A stretch of DNA of 64,000 bases, from NCBI GenBank assembly GCA_040954595.2, contig CM082576.2, positions 6,203,129 through 6,267,128 on the forward strand, in the 5' to 3' direction. Positions within the stretch are counted from its first letter, which is position 1. Every line of letters starts with the position of its first letter. The position numbers and the translations under genes are program-made. The notes below the pieces were generated by a model. That model was given only the letters and a program-made list of their open reading frames with translations. It made no database searches and had not been told where the DNA came from. This document shows, in pieces, positions 38,601 through 50,000 of this stretch. Source of the stretch: Balanoglossus misakiensis (lineage: Eukaryota; Animalia; Hemichordata).

Positions 38601-39480
38601 CACTACTGCCAGTCTCATCTTCATCTTCGGGTTTGGTTGCCATGGCTGGTGCTGAGAATGCCTGAGAGTTGGCATCGCTGTTAGTACTTGGAACAACTGA
38701 CAACCACGAGTCGTGCTGGGTCTCTGGTTTCTTGGCTGTGCTGTCAGTGTCATCATCAAATGTCATCCAAGTTTCCCCTCGCACTGTCTTCGTCTCCTCC
38801 TTCTCCACGGATGCATCTCCTTCATCCTCAGCTGTGGCCGACTTTGAAGAGAACGGGTCCGAATCACCAACTGCAACACTTGGTAACACAGTTTCTGGCA
38901 TTTTTGCAACTGGTATATCAAGTGATGCAACCCCCATTGTTGTCATGACTGCATCTTTCGCTTCTTCCGTAGTGACGATGGCACTGCTCGCTTCTTCAGT
39001 TTTTATGTCGCTCGTCAAATCTTCATCAAAGAGAGAGGGTGCTTCATTACGACTCTGTGCACTGTCAAATACGTCACCGACATACAATCTCTGTTCCTCA
39101 CCAACCTCCTGTACAATGCCATCTTCAAGTTCAACTCCGTCAGCGATACTGGGCTCTTCCGCAGCAACAACAACGCACTCCGTCGGCGCTGCACTTTGTT
39201 CGTCATCGCTGCCAATGTTTGTCGGCGGTGACGAACTTATAGCTATTTCAATTGGGGTGGGTTCTGTAATTGTGTGGTTATCTACCTTACCGTTCTCGAT
39301 TACATCACATTCAGAATCGAGCGGCAAAGCTACGCTACTACTGCTGCAGGTAGTTGTGTGGTTTTCAGTGCTCATCGTCGTCGGCAGTGATTGGCTGATG
39401 TCGGTAGCTGTGGTGTTGATTTCGTCGATGGAGTTTTCGGGAGCAACACGCCCATTTTCTGACGTTTCGATGGCTTCCAT
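32612..39480 (-). CDS. STON2: Stonin (stonin-2/stoned B-like endocytic adaptor with mu-homology domain), about 1248 aa
   Basis: Exons 39480-38511, 36607-34376, 33730-33572, 33406-33299, 32889-32612 join in frame (all phase 1). WxxF-acidic motifs (WMTFDDD, WTTFDED, WVSFDDD), DPF motifs, three NPF motifs, stonin-homology and mu-homology domains (GMPECALGLND, FNPLDACTFEVMRF, GTAKYEHPYRSLVWRIPRLP). The ORF-track start at 39492 is a GTG; the first ATG is at 39480. Pro-orthologue of STON1/STON2. Confidence 0.95.
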
Positions 39481-40750
39481 CTCATCCCTCACTTGTCGTG
39501 GTCAGAGAGCTGGACGGTAGCTCGTGTAACTACAGTCAAATAGAGGTGGAAACAGCCGACGTGCTACTCCGTGTTGATGGCATTATACCGCCATGATGAG
39601 AAATGCTTCATTCTCGGGGCACAGGTTATGAGAGGTCATAAACTGTTTGCCGTAACGCACAGCGCGTGCGCGATCCTGAAGCGAAGGGGTGCGGACCCTG
39701 GACACGCTCGGAGATGTCCATCATGGGATAGAAACCAGCAGCCTGCCTGTTGACCGGATAATCTCTAGATAATATCTAATTTGTATAGTTGCGTTAAAAG
39801 CTTACATATAACTTGAGTAGATGTATGAAGTCAGGAAACTTATTATAAAAACGCACATCCAACTACTTCTGAACGTTTTTGAATATGCGACTTTTTTAAA
39901 GTACTGACACAAAAATCTTTTTAGGCCTATAAAAACATCGCATTTCCCGATATCTCACATGATCGGACTTCACGCTGATTGATATTGATCATTCCCAAGA
40001 TATGAAAAGTTCTGAAAATGGTGTGGAGCATTTTTAAAAGCTCAAATCTAACTTGAATTCACAAAGTTACTGAAAGATCAGATATTCTGGAGAATCTAGA
40101 GACGTGTACATGTATAGTCTTATGGGCCGTAAGGGCCTGTGCAGTGTGCACTAGATATGCGTTTTATTATTAAAATTGGCAGATTTTATAAAAGAAGTAA
40201 TATCTGTTGAGATGAATAATTTTGGTTTTATAAACCGCATGATAGCTATCGTACGCGAAGCATGCAGAAAATTGCGTTGCTAGCTAGCTCTGCGTGCGAG
40301 ATAGCGCCCTCGTGCGACAAGCCTTCAATTCTGTATTTTTAGGGGAGTATTTGAAAACCAAAGTTTTCATGAACTAAAGTTCAGTTTACAATCATCACTG
40401 GGGCCACGACTGGACCATGAAAAGATGCAACCATGGATGGCAACAGTATCAGACATGTCTGACAGCGTGTGTGTCTGACACAAGATTAGATTGTAGTACA
40501 ACAAACAAAAAGACCGTGGAACACCATACAAAACTTTATTGCCAACTTCCAACAACACTGGGAGTTGAATAATGTAAAACTTTGTTGTGATGCATTACTT
40601 GAAACTGTGTAGTTTGATTCACACACGATAAGAGATTTGCTCCATTGCATTCACATCTGGTCTCCATCCAGTTAGAATTTTCCAGCAGTACTTAAAGACA
40701 TACATCTATTTGTTGCTCATGCGGCTGATAACAAGTCAGGCTGCCCTGCT

Positions 40751-43700
40751 CTACATCTGAGACACATGTTCGACGGACAGACTACCTAACGTGTGTATCA
40801 TGTTGAGTGTTGATGTTCTGACAGTTTCAATAACTTCACGGAGCTGTTCATCTACGGGAGGCGCTCCTTCCTGGTCTTCACCAAACGAGTTGCCGCAAAT
40901 GGTCACCTCTTTCAGTGTTCTCTTCTTGGGCGTGCATCTCAGAGCAGCTGCAAACTTGTGCAAGGCCTTTGTCGATATGCAGTTGTAGCTGACAACAGAG
41001 AGAAAAAAGAACATATGGCGTCAAGAAATGCTAACCCACAAAAACGCTCTAGCACCAAGGAAGAGCTAAGGTTACTGCATTCCATGGTGGATACAAAAGA
41101 AGAAGAAAATGTGAAAACTTTTTACATCAATCTCTGCTTCCTTTTACCATGAGTTGACATCAAACCTGACACTGGTTCCAGACACTTGAAACATCAATGC
41201 AAATAAATCTTTGTAAACGAAAAATTAAGATATTCTAGTGGGAGTACCTGATGTCCAGTATTTGAATCTCACTTAATGAGTCTTGGCTGCAAAGGACCTG
41301 ACTCAGTTTATCCATCCCATCATCACCCTCAGAAGAAAAAAATACACTAATAAACCTTGTAAACAGCACAGTTACCAACCTGACTCATGGATGCTCAATT
41401 TCTCTAGGTGTGTTACAAGTAACACGGACTGAATCATGTTTGACACTGCCGCCCGGCATACCAGTCAATACTACGGTACTCACCAAGCCTGTTCTCTGCA
41501 ATCCACAGTACCTTCAGTTTGTGATTTTGCTTCAATGCCTGTACGAGATTGTTGGACAGCTGGTCTGCAAAGTACAGATTGGATGCCGAGTTACATATGT
41601 ACACTTGTAACTCTAGACGCCAGATTACCATGCCAGTATGCACTGATGGGACAGTTTTACTCTACTTCACCCAAAGAGGACACGAGGAAAGTGAGTCTGT
41701 GTAGTGTATCTGTAAGGCCTTTATGTAGAGATCAGAGGTGCTTTACAGGGTCCTGTACCTGTGGATTCATTTATGATGCGATTTGAGCTGACTGATGGGC
41801 TACTCTGTTCAGCCATTGGTGAATTTATGATGACTACATGTAACTAATACTAGTATTACCTTGGAGGTGACATGCATTTAGATTGAGTCGGTGTAGTCCT
41901 CCTTTTAATAAAGAAACCAGCTTATTATCACTGTCATCATCATCACCATCATAGTGGTTGCCACTGACATCTAGGGATTCCAGTCGATCTACATCTGACA
42001 AAAAAACACAGGAAATGCATTTTGATGGATAAAACTTAACATTATTGAGTTTCAACAAATCATAAAGAATATGTTGTAAATAAGGTTCCCAAGCCTTCTC
42101 TTTGTCCATACCACCACACAAAAACATGCATAGTTGTAAAATTGTCATTACCTTGCACTGCATGGAAAATTTGGTTGAGGCTGGCAGGAGACAAGTGACA
42201 TTCACTGAGTATGAGATGGCGTAATGCGACATCATTCCGAATCAGGTGACACAGGCGTTGGACATCCTCTGTACTCCGCAGGTTGATACCGCTTAGATTC
42301 AAGTAACAGGTCAGTTCAAACTGTCTAGACCCTGCAACAAGATAAGAACATTTTTCTATGACTGACTGGACAGATGATGCTGATTGTGCTTTTTTTTACA
42401 TTTCCAGGAAAGTGCCTCAAGTTTAGTTAGGAATTTGAAAGACAGTGAGTACATACATACATGTACCTTTTGAAGAAATGTCTTGAGTGAAAAAAGTGGC
42501 TTGTTGGGAAGTGTGTTGGGATCCTTGGTCGGTGGATGAATAGTCTATCAGACCCAGGTCCTGCAATCTCAATACCTCAAGCTTGCAATTGTTACACCTG
42601 AAACAGAAGATCAAATCAAGGCGTAGTTGGTTACATTCTGAATATTCAGATAATTTTTCACTGCCTCAGACCCTTCATTTTGTGAAAATCAACTGTCAAT
42701 TTTACTGAAGTAAATGTAGATCATGATGGACTTTCATAATAAGACTGATGGTAATTATTTGCATGATACAAAGTCCAGATTGCTTTCACAGATGAAATTT
42801 CAGAATTCCCCTACAATGGCCATAGTATGAATTTCTGTTTTCAGGAAACAAAGACATATCAGTTGTTGATGATCAAGAAACAGAACACACCTGACACACA
42901 GCTGTAAGAGTTTCATAAGATGATAGCTGGGCAACTCATCAGCATCCCAGATTTCCAAGTGCTTCAAATCACTGACTTCATCTCTCTCTGTCAGACCCTG
43001 CAGAATGGTTGACAGGCTGCTGTCCTCAAAACTACATGCTTTTATGCAAAATTTTCTCAATTTCTTCCAGCGTTTCAGTTGATGTGCCATTGCCCTCGCC
43101 ACTGTCTTGGATATTCTGATGCATCCCAGCTGTAAACACTGCAGTCCAGAAAGTTCCTCAAAAACGTACAAGTTTGACATTGGATTGCCGGGAGTCCCCT
43201 CTCTGGGATTGCTCGAGTTCCTTGTAACATCACTGCAGGTTTGTGAAGGTTCCACTGATGTTGATGGGCATAGTACTTTCAAGTTCAGGTCCATGGGACT
43301 GTGTTGAATAAAGTCTTCCTCATTGGCCTGCGAACCGACCAGAGCCATGTCATACAAGTCAAGTTCATTCTCTGAATCATTTGCCATCAGCTGGTCTCTC
43401 CTGTTACAGCACAGCGCCTCAGAATAATTCTCTCCTAGAAGTCTGATCAACTTCAGCATGCTGTTCTCGTCAAATTTCATACAATCCATAATCGCCAAAG
43501 ATTCTAGTTTACCACCTCTAATCAACCTCTCGACTGTTTCACAGAGACTGTCCATATCATGACCAACACCACAGCGAAAAATGCCCAGCTTCCGTAGACG
43601 ACTTTGCAAAATGTCAAGTATCGGTGGAAACTCGATGAAGTATTCAAACAATTTTCCGTCTCTTATAAAGAGGTAGTCAAGTTCCGGTGATGGCCCACTT

Positions 43701-44666
43701 CTCAGCAGTAATTCCTTAGGAACACGAGATGGTAGGATTTTTCTGCCACGTAATTCCACTGACATTGGAAAAAATAGTATCTCTTTGAGAATTTCAGGAT
43801 CTATAAAATAATAATACCAGTAATAACATTAATTTACTAATGTCAACTATAAAATTTGGCAAAATTTACTACTGCAATCCAGGTTATTCTATAATATTTT
43901 AAAGTAAAAGATGTGTTTAGTAATCTTGCCATTTACTGACCCACTGTGGAGTCAGAGAGCACCAGTGCTCTTAAGGTATCAATGCAATGTAATTGGACGT
44001 ATTTTTTCCTCCAATGGCTTCCATCTTGTAGAGTGGGATCCACTTCTTTAATTCCTTTCTGGAAACACGCCGAGTCGTAGGGGAAATGTCGAGGCCATCT
44101 TCGCAACGTTTCGCATTCCCAGCAGAATTCTGTGTCAATGCCTGTGAAAAAAATATGCCATGACGTTAGCCATCTTACACCAACTCTCATGAAATGTCAC
44201 TTAATTAAAGTTGACCATATTTCAGTTTCGTTAGCTATAAGTATACACAGTTTTGCCACATGCACTCCATCACTAAAGCAATTATGGCTAAAAGAAAACT
44301 AACCTTTGCTTGACAGGATATCATTGACTTGATACAAGTCAAACGGTGTGAAGTATGGTACCATGCTCAATAACAACCATCGAGGTACATCTGTCAGATG
44401 ATAAATAAATGATAATGTCATCAGCTTTAAAAAACATCAAGTTATTTCAAGGAAAATTGTTTTACAACCTGCAGCTGTCTGTTCTGTGAAAAAGTTGGAT
44501 CAATAGAGAGAGTGAAAGGGTTTGTCATGCCCCCCCCCCCAACATCATGGGAAAATGCTAGGTACCGTACGTTACCTGTCAAAGTTTGATAGCCAATCTC
44601 GACAATATTGTCAGCTGCACACATTGCAGCTATCTCTACCAGTGTCAACATTTGATCCGATGCCAT
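40751..44666 (-). CDS. LRRC41: LRRC41/MUF1-like Elongin BC-Cullin substrate receptor with RNI-type leucine-rich repeats
   Basis: Exons 44666-44576, 44390-44304, 44141-43941, 43800-42891, 42597-42467, 42331-42152, 41994-41860, 41564-41484, about 41326-41248, 40988-40751. N-terminal BC-box-like TLVEIAAMCA followed by Elongin-A-like DVPRWLLLSMVPYFTPFDLY; LRRs (LDVSGN, LNLNACHL, LWIAENRL, LDISYNCI); C-terminus EHVSQM* resembles the LRRC41 end as I recall it. One junction is non-canonical (see findings). Confidence 0.75.
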
Positions 44667-47096
44667 GGTTACGGGTTCCCAGGTTCAAGACAGGAATTTT
44701 CAGGCTGTGTGAAGAACAGTACACCAGTCTTACAGCACTCAAACAGCCGTACAACGGCAGCATGATGCTCCACACTATCCACAGGGTAGTTTATCGACAC
44801 ATCACATCAGATACCTAGATCTGAAGCTACCGCTAGCTCCATTAGCTATTATGCTTGTGTGTGCACGTCGATTTTCATCCATCCAAGGAAGGGGAACGTG
44901 TAGTACCAACTTCCTCTGAGAAAGATGCGTTGATCACCTGATGATGACCTTTCCACATTTGTCACGATCGGGGTCAAAGTTAACCATATTATAAACGTCG
45001 CGTTAGGGGGTTTTAGCCTGGCCAACCCTGGCAAAAAGTGTACTACGACGCGGTTTATGATTGGCTGCGGCATGCACGGTCCCTCCACACCGTGTGAGTT
45101 GGCTAAAGAAAAAATAAAAGTCATTAAAATACATGTATGAAGATAATAGAATTAGGCTATCATGTTTTATTCCAGGGAAGAAAACCGATTTATTTGCAAT
45201 CTTCGTAGAAACGCCAAGCTTCTAATTAGGATAGGCCCATAGGTAGGGCCCCTGTTCTAATTGTATTTCTTCAAGCGAAAGGGAAATCATGATAATTGGG
45301 TCTCAAGATAGTCAAGACATAATGTTTCTTTTTCTCCCCAGCTCCGCAATAGTTTCCGCTGAAGGCGAAGTGTATGTCTTCTTCTTTTTTAATTAGGCCT
45401 ACAAAGATGTGAGGATGCAGTTCATAAAACCACCAACGAAGATAAACAGCTGGAGAACCTTGCTCTTTTCAGCGCTTGGATTTCGAATGTTCTGTCGGTT
45501 CGATAAAGAAGCCAAGCTAACTGAGCGTCTTTTTTTCGAATGAGGCGTCGGTTGATCGATGAAAATTTAGCGAACGATTTGGCGATTTTTTTTTCAGTGT
45601 AAGATAATGAAGTGAGTATTAATGACTTTAATTTGTAGTTGCGTCGTGTCCATCGTTCTGTTGCAAATTGTGATTAATCTGTGTGTCACACTCCCGGCCT
45701 CATCAAAAAGTGATTTCATTCGGGGAGACATATAGGACTAGTGCATGACACGTGAAAATAAAAACTGAAATGCAAAGTGCTTACCGCACGTTTATCATTT
45801 CCACAGCTTCCATACAATGACGAGGTGAACATCGATGTCAGGATTAGGAGACCAGGCAACTGACAAAACCAAATTAGCGATCTAGCTCAATCTGATACCA
45901 TGGCAACACAGGAAACGCGGAAAGAGACAATCGTATCTTTGGGAGCTGCTCTTAGACTGCAAACCGAAATGCTAATCAGGGGCAACAGAAAGTCGTGTTA
46001 TGATTATCCTAAGTTGGGAGAAAACAGGACGCCATACACGAGAAAAGCGACGGAAACCAGGAGACCTCGCCAACACGAGTCGCGGACTATTGTTCATCTT
46101 TTCCATCGTTCATAATTTGTTCGAGGAGATATGCGAAGTTGTAAATCTGAAACTGACTTTTATGAAGTTGTGATGTTTTGTCTTAGAGTAGATTTACGTT
46201 TATAGAAATTATTCGGTGATTAGATGTTTAAACGTGTGGATATTGTACTAAATATATTGCATCGAATTGCAAATAAATATGAATGGTAAGTTTGTCCGAT
46301 ATCTTGTACACGCAAAATTAAAACAAATTTGCCAGACAACATTATGTTTGCACTTTTTCAATTCTTCAATAAAGGAAAACTTCCTCGGTCCTCTTCCTTC
46401 CCCCTCCTCCTCCTCCTCAACAACAACAACTAAGTCTACTATAGGGTAGCACCCTGTCGGTTCAAATGAGGCGCTGGTAATTTGCAAAACCTGAACATTA
46501 CTTGTTCTAGCCACAATTGACTTTCGCCGGATAAGAAACTTGGTAATTGATTGAAAAGAAACTTGAATAATCATGACTTTCTAATACACGTACATATCAG
46601 GAAACGACGAGCGTTCCTGATCCGCCTGAGTACAAAACACCTTATGTTATACTTTTTATGAGGGCGGGAATTAACGAAGGACATTTTATTCATTCATCGC
46701 AAGGTGGCATTGAGAGATCGCACAATTTTGCGCACAACATACGGTAAACCAGGAGGTCCATTGTAAGTCTGCCCTTCGATAAATAGCTTTGACACACCCT
46801 TAACCTACTTACAGTGGAGTATATACGAGTTTTTTTTATATAGTTCTGCAGCTTATTCTGATCGCCATGATGCTAACAATGAGTGTAAAATATACGGGGC
46901 TTGGCATGTAGTCTAACTGTTTGACATTTCAGTCGACAAACAGCGAGATGTGATAATGCCATCCTGTGCGCACAGATGATACGGCCAGCCGACCAGGTGG
47001 TAATCGCCGAAAACAATCATTCATTAGCCCACGAACACATTATAATAGCTCGACTTTCATGAGAACTCAGCGTTGGCTTTGACTTTACTAGAAACC

Positions 47097-50000
47097 ATGG
47101 CGGTTGTATACCACTGGAAAAGGACGCGTATTTTTCAGCTGCTGGCGGTCTTGGGATTAATGTTGTACTGTTGGAAAGTGTTTGTGTCTCTGTCGCCAGG
47201 CGATGATGACGCGAAGGTTGGAACTACGAAGGTAAGCTTACGTCGGCACGTTATCACTAAAATGAAAATATGTATGCGATTTGCAATGATAGCATAGTAT
47301 CGGCATATTTGTATGTGTTTCATGCACGTACATATAAACCTCTTCTTGCTAACATGCTTTGTAACTTCAAAACAACGCGCGTCACAGAAATTTGGCCTTC
47401 ACGCGCCGGTGAATTGTTGGTATACGAGATAGAGTATACGAGAACCATCGACAAATCTATTGTCATTGAACCAATGGAATATAAGGGGAGTTGGCCATCT
47501 AAAGGTGTATACGAGGCGATCGAATGTCTTTCTTTCTGACAACAAAAATGACATACGTTTGTCAGTAAAATCGCCTCATTGAAATGAAGATCTGTATTTT
47601 GTCAACACCGGATTGCAAGCCTATACGAAATGGTCGAGATCAGTAGCAATGATAACTTCCAAGCGAGTAGATGCCACAGTTTGAATATCCGAAATCAAAT
47701 ATAGACTTTTAATGTCTGCTATGGATTTAAAATATTGATTTTCATTACAGCCATGCTAAAATGTTTTAAAATAATGAAATTATAGAGACTGCAGTTCTCA
47801 ATACACCACATGTATTCTGCCTCGCCAGACGGTGCAGCATTGATAACTAACAAATGATTCAATATTCAATTACCTATTCCTGCATAATACCATCTGTTAT
47901 ACCTGTTTATTCATATTATTCATCGCCTTTTTATAGTTTTCATATTTACATATTTATAGACACTAGGCCACCTGCGGTGTTGATATCATTTCACTACATC
48001 GGCCCAAGTACATCGAACCGGTTGATTTCTCCTTGTCTCCTCTCGTAAACCTTGATTTCAGTTCCGTCGTGTCCCCGCTAAGAATGGAATTCCTTCGTAG
48101 CATAGTGATGTGGTGTTAGCAGATTATTCCGCTGTCGGGACCTTCACTGTATTAACACCTTATACGTTCCCCAATACAACCGACAGATTTTTAGAAGAAG
48201 AATGAAACGAAATTAAAATTACTACAAATTGTTTTACGTAATATACACTGACGTAATATTCAAATCTTACCCTGCTTTCAAAATTGTGGAATTGTATTTT
48301 TCTGTGGTGGAACAAAGAACGACGTATGTCTGCCCTTTCCCCTCCCTCTCTCAGACACGTTATAAGAATATATGAGTTTTCACTCTCACTTAATGTCTCT
48401 ATTTTCTCACAGAATTCCCCGGATAGCAAGGAACTACGTGAAACAATTCTTGACAAGAGAAAAAAGAACCCACATATCGGATTAGTTCATGTGGATGGAA
48501 TTGAAGTAGACTTGGGGAATGGAAAGCAAGAGATGGATTTACAAGTTGGTGTTTCTGATGAGGGTGACGAAGACAGTGATTATAAACCAAACAATAAAAA
48601 CTTAAAATTTCAGGAAGACGCGGATATCGCTGACGGCAAAGATAAAATTTCGAAGGCTGTGTTCATGCCAAACAAAATAGGCAATTACGAACCGACAGAT
48701 ACGGAACCTCGTACAGGGTTTGGTGAAAACGGTATCGGTGTACAGCTGGACCCCGCGGACGAGGCTAAATACAGAGAGAGCGTATCACAATTCGGCTTCA
48801 ATATGGTAATAAGTGACAAGATTTCGTTGGATAGGGCAGTGAAAGACATACGAGATCCCGAGTAAGTATGTGATTTCTGTTTAGAGAGCAATTTTTGTTT
48901 TTGAAGTAAAATGGTCGGCAGTTTCGAATTTTGCCTTCCCGTCTGAATACTTAATGCGATAATCTGGCCAATCGTGAAATAACGGAGAAATTGTTTTTGT
49001 ATTCTATTATAACATTTCTTCAAAATATAATCCTCCCGAAAACGAAATTTTTGCGCCATATTCATGACTTAACAGCCTTTTTCGAAGCTGCACTATATTA
49101 ACCTGATTGTTCGCGCAAAAAAACTTCTCACTCGACAGGTGTAAATATTGGCACTACCCAGAAGAGTTACCACGGGCAAGCGTTGTGATTGTATTCATCA
49201 ATGAGGGTTGGTCTACACTGATGAGAACAGTGCACAGCGTCATCAACACTTCGCCGCCTCATCTTCTGGCAGAGATTGTCATGGTTGACGATTTCAGTGA
49301 CAAAGGTGTGAACAATTATTACTGACAGTTTCGAATGAGGACAATGATCTTGTCTTACAGAACTTGCACGTTTCTTTTCGACATTCAATGTCTGACGTGT
49401 TTGAACGTCTAACAGAATCATTTTCTGCTTCGCAGAACATTTAGGAAAACGGCTGGATGACTACATCGCCCAACCGAAATTCAAAGACAAAGTGAAACTG
49501 GTCCGAAACGAAAAGCGAGAGGGTTTGATCCGATCTCGGACAATTGGCGCCCTCAACGCCGAAAGGGGAGAAGTGGTCATCTTTCTGGACGCTCACTGTG
49601 AATGCAATATAAATTGGTTGCCACCGTTACTGGCGCGCATCAAAGAAGACAGGTAATCACGTAAAAACGAAAGAAATATAAAGAGAGAATTTCAAATTCA
49701 CGTATGTGGAGTGTTCCATCAAACAACTTGTAGAATCTGAATCGATATATCACAAAGGGAATTTTCCCCAGATCTTTCTGTTCATCATTTGTGATCTAAT
49801 TGTCGGAATTATTAATCTTTTAGCAATTTAAAACCACAACGACATGATCCGTATGTGAAATAATTGCAATAGTATTTCTCTGACTTATTTCTTGACAGAA
49901 CTAACGTGGTTTGTCCGATGGTTGATTCGATACACGCACAAACCTACGAGTACAGGGCACAGGGTGGTGGTATGGCACGCGGGGTCTTCAACTGGGATTT

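Noticed and set aside
38669-39520. 283-aa Ser-rich plus-strand ORF (also 34278-35198)
   Set aside because: Antisense shadows of stonin exons.
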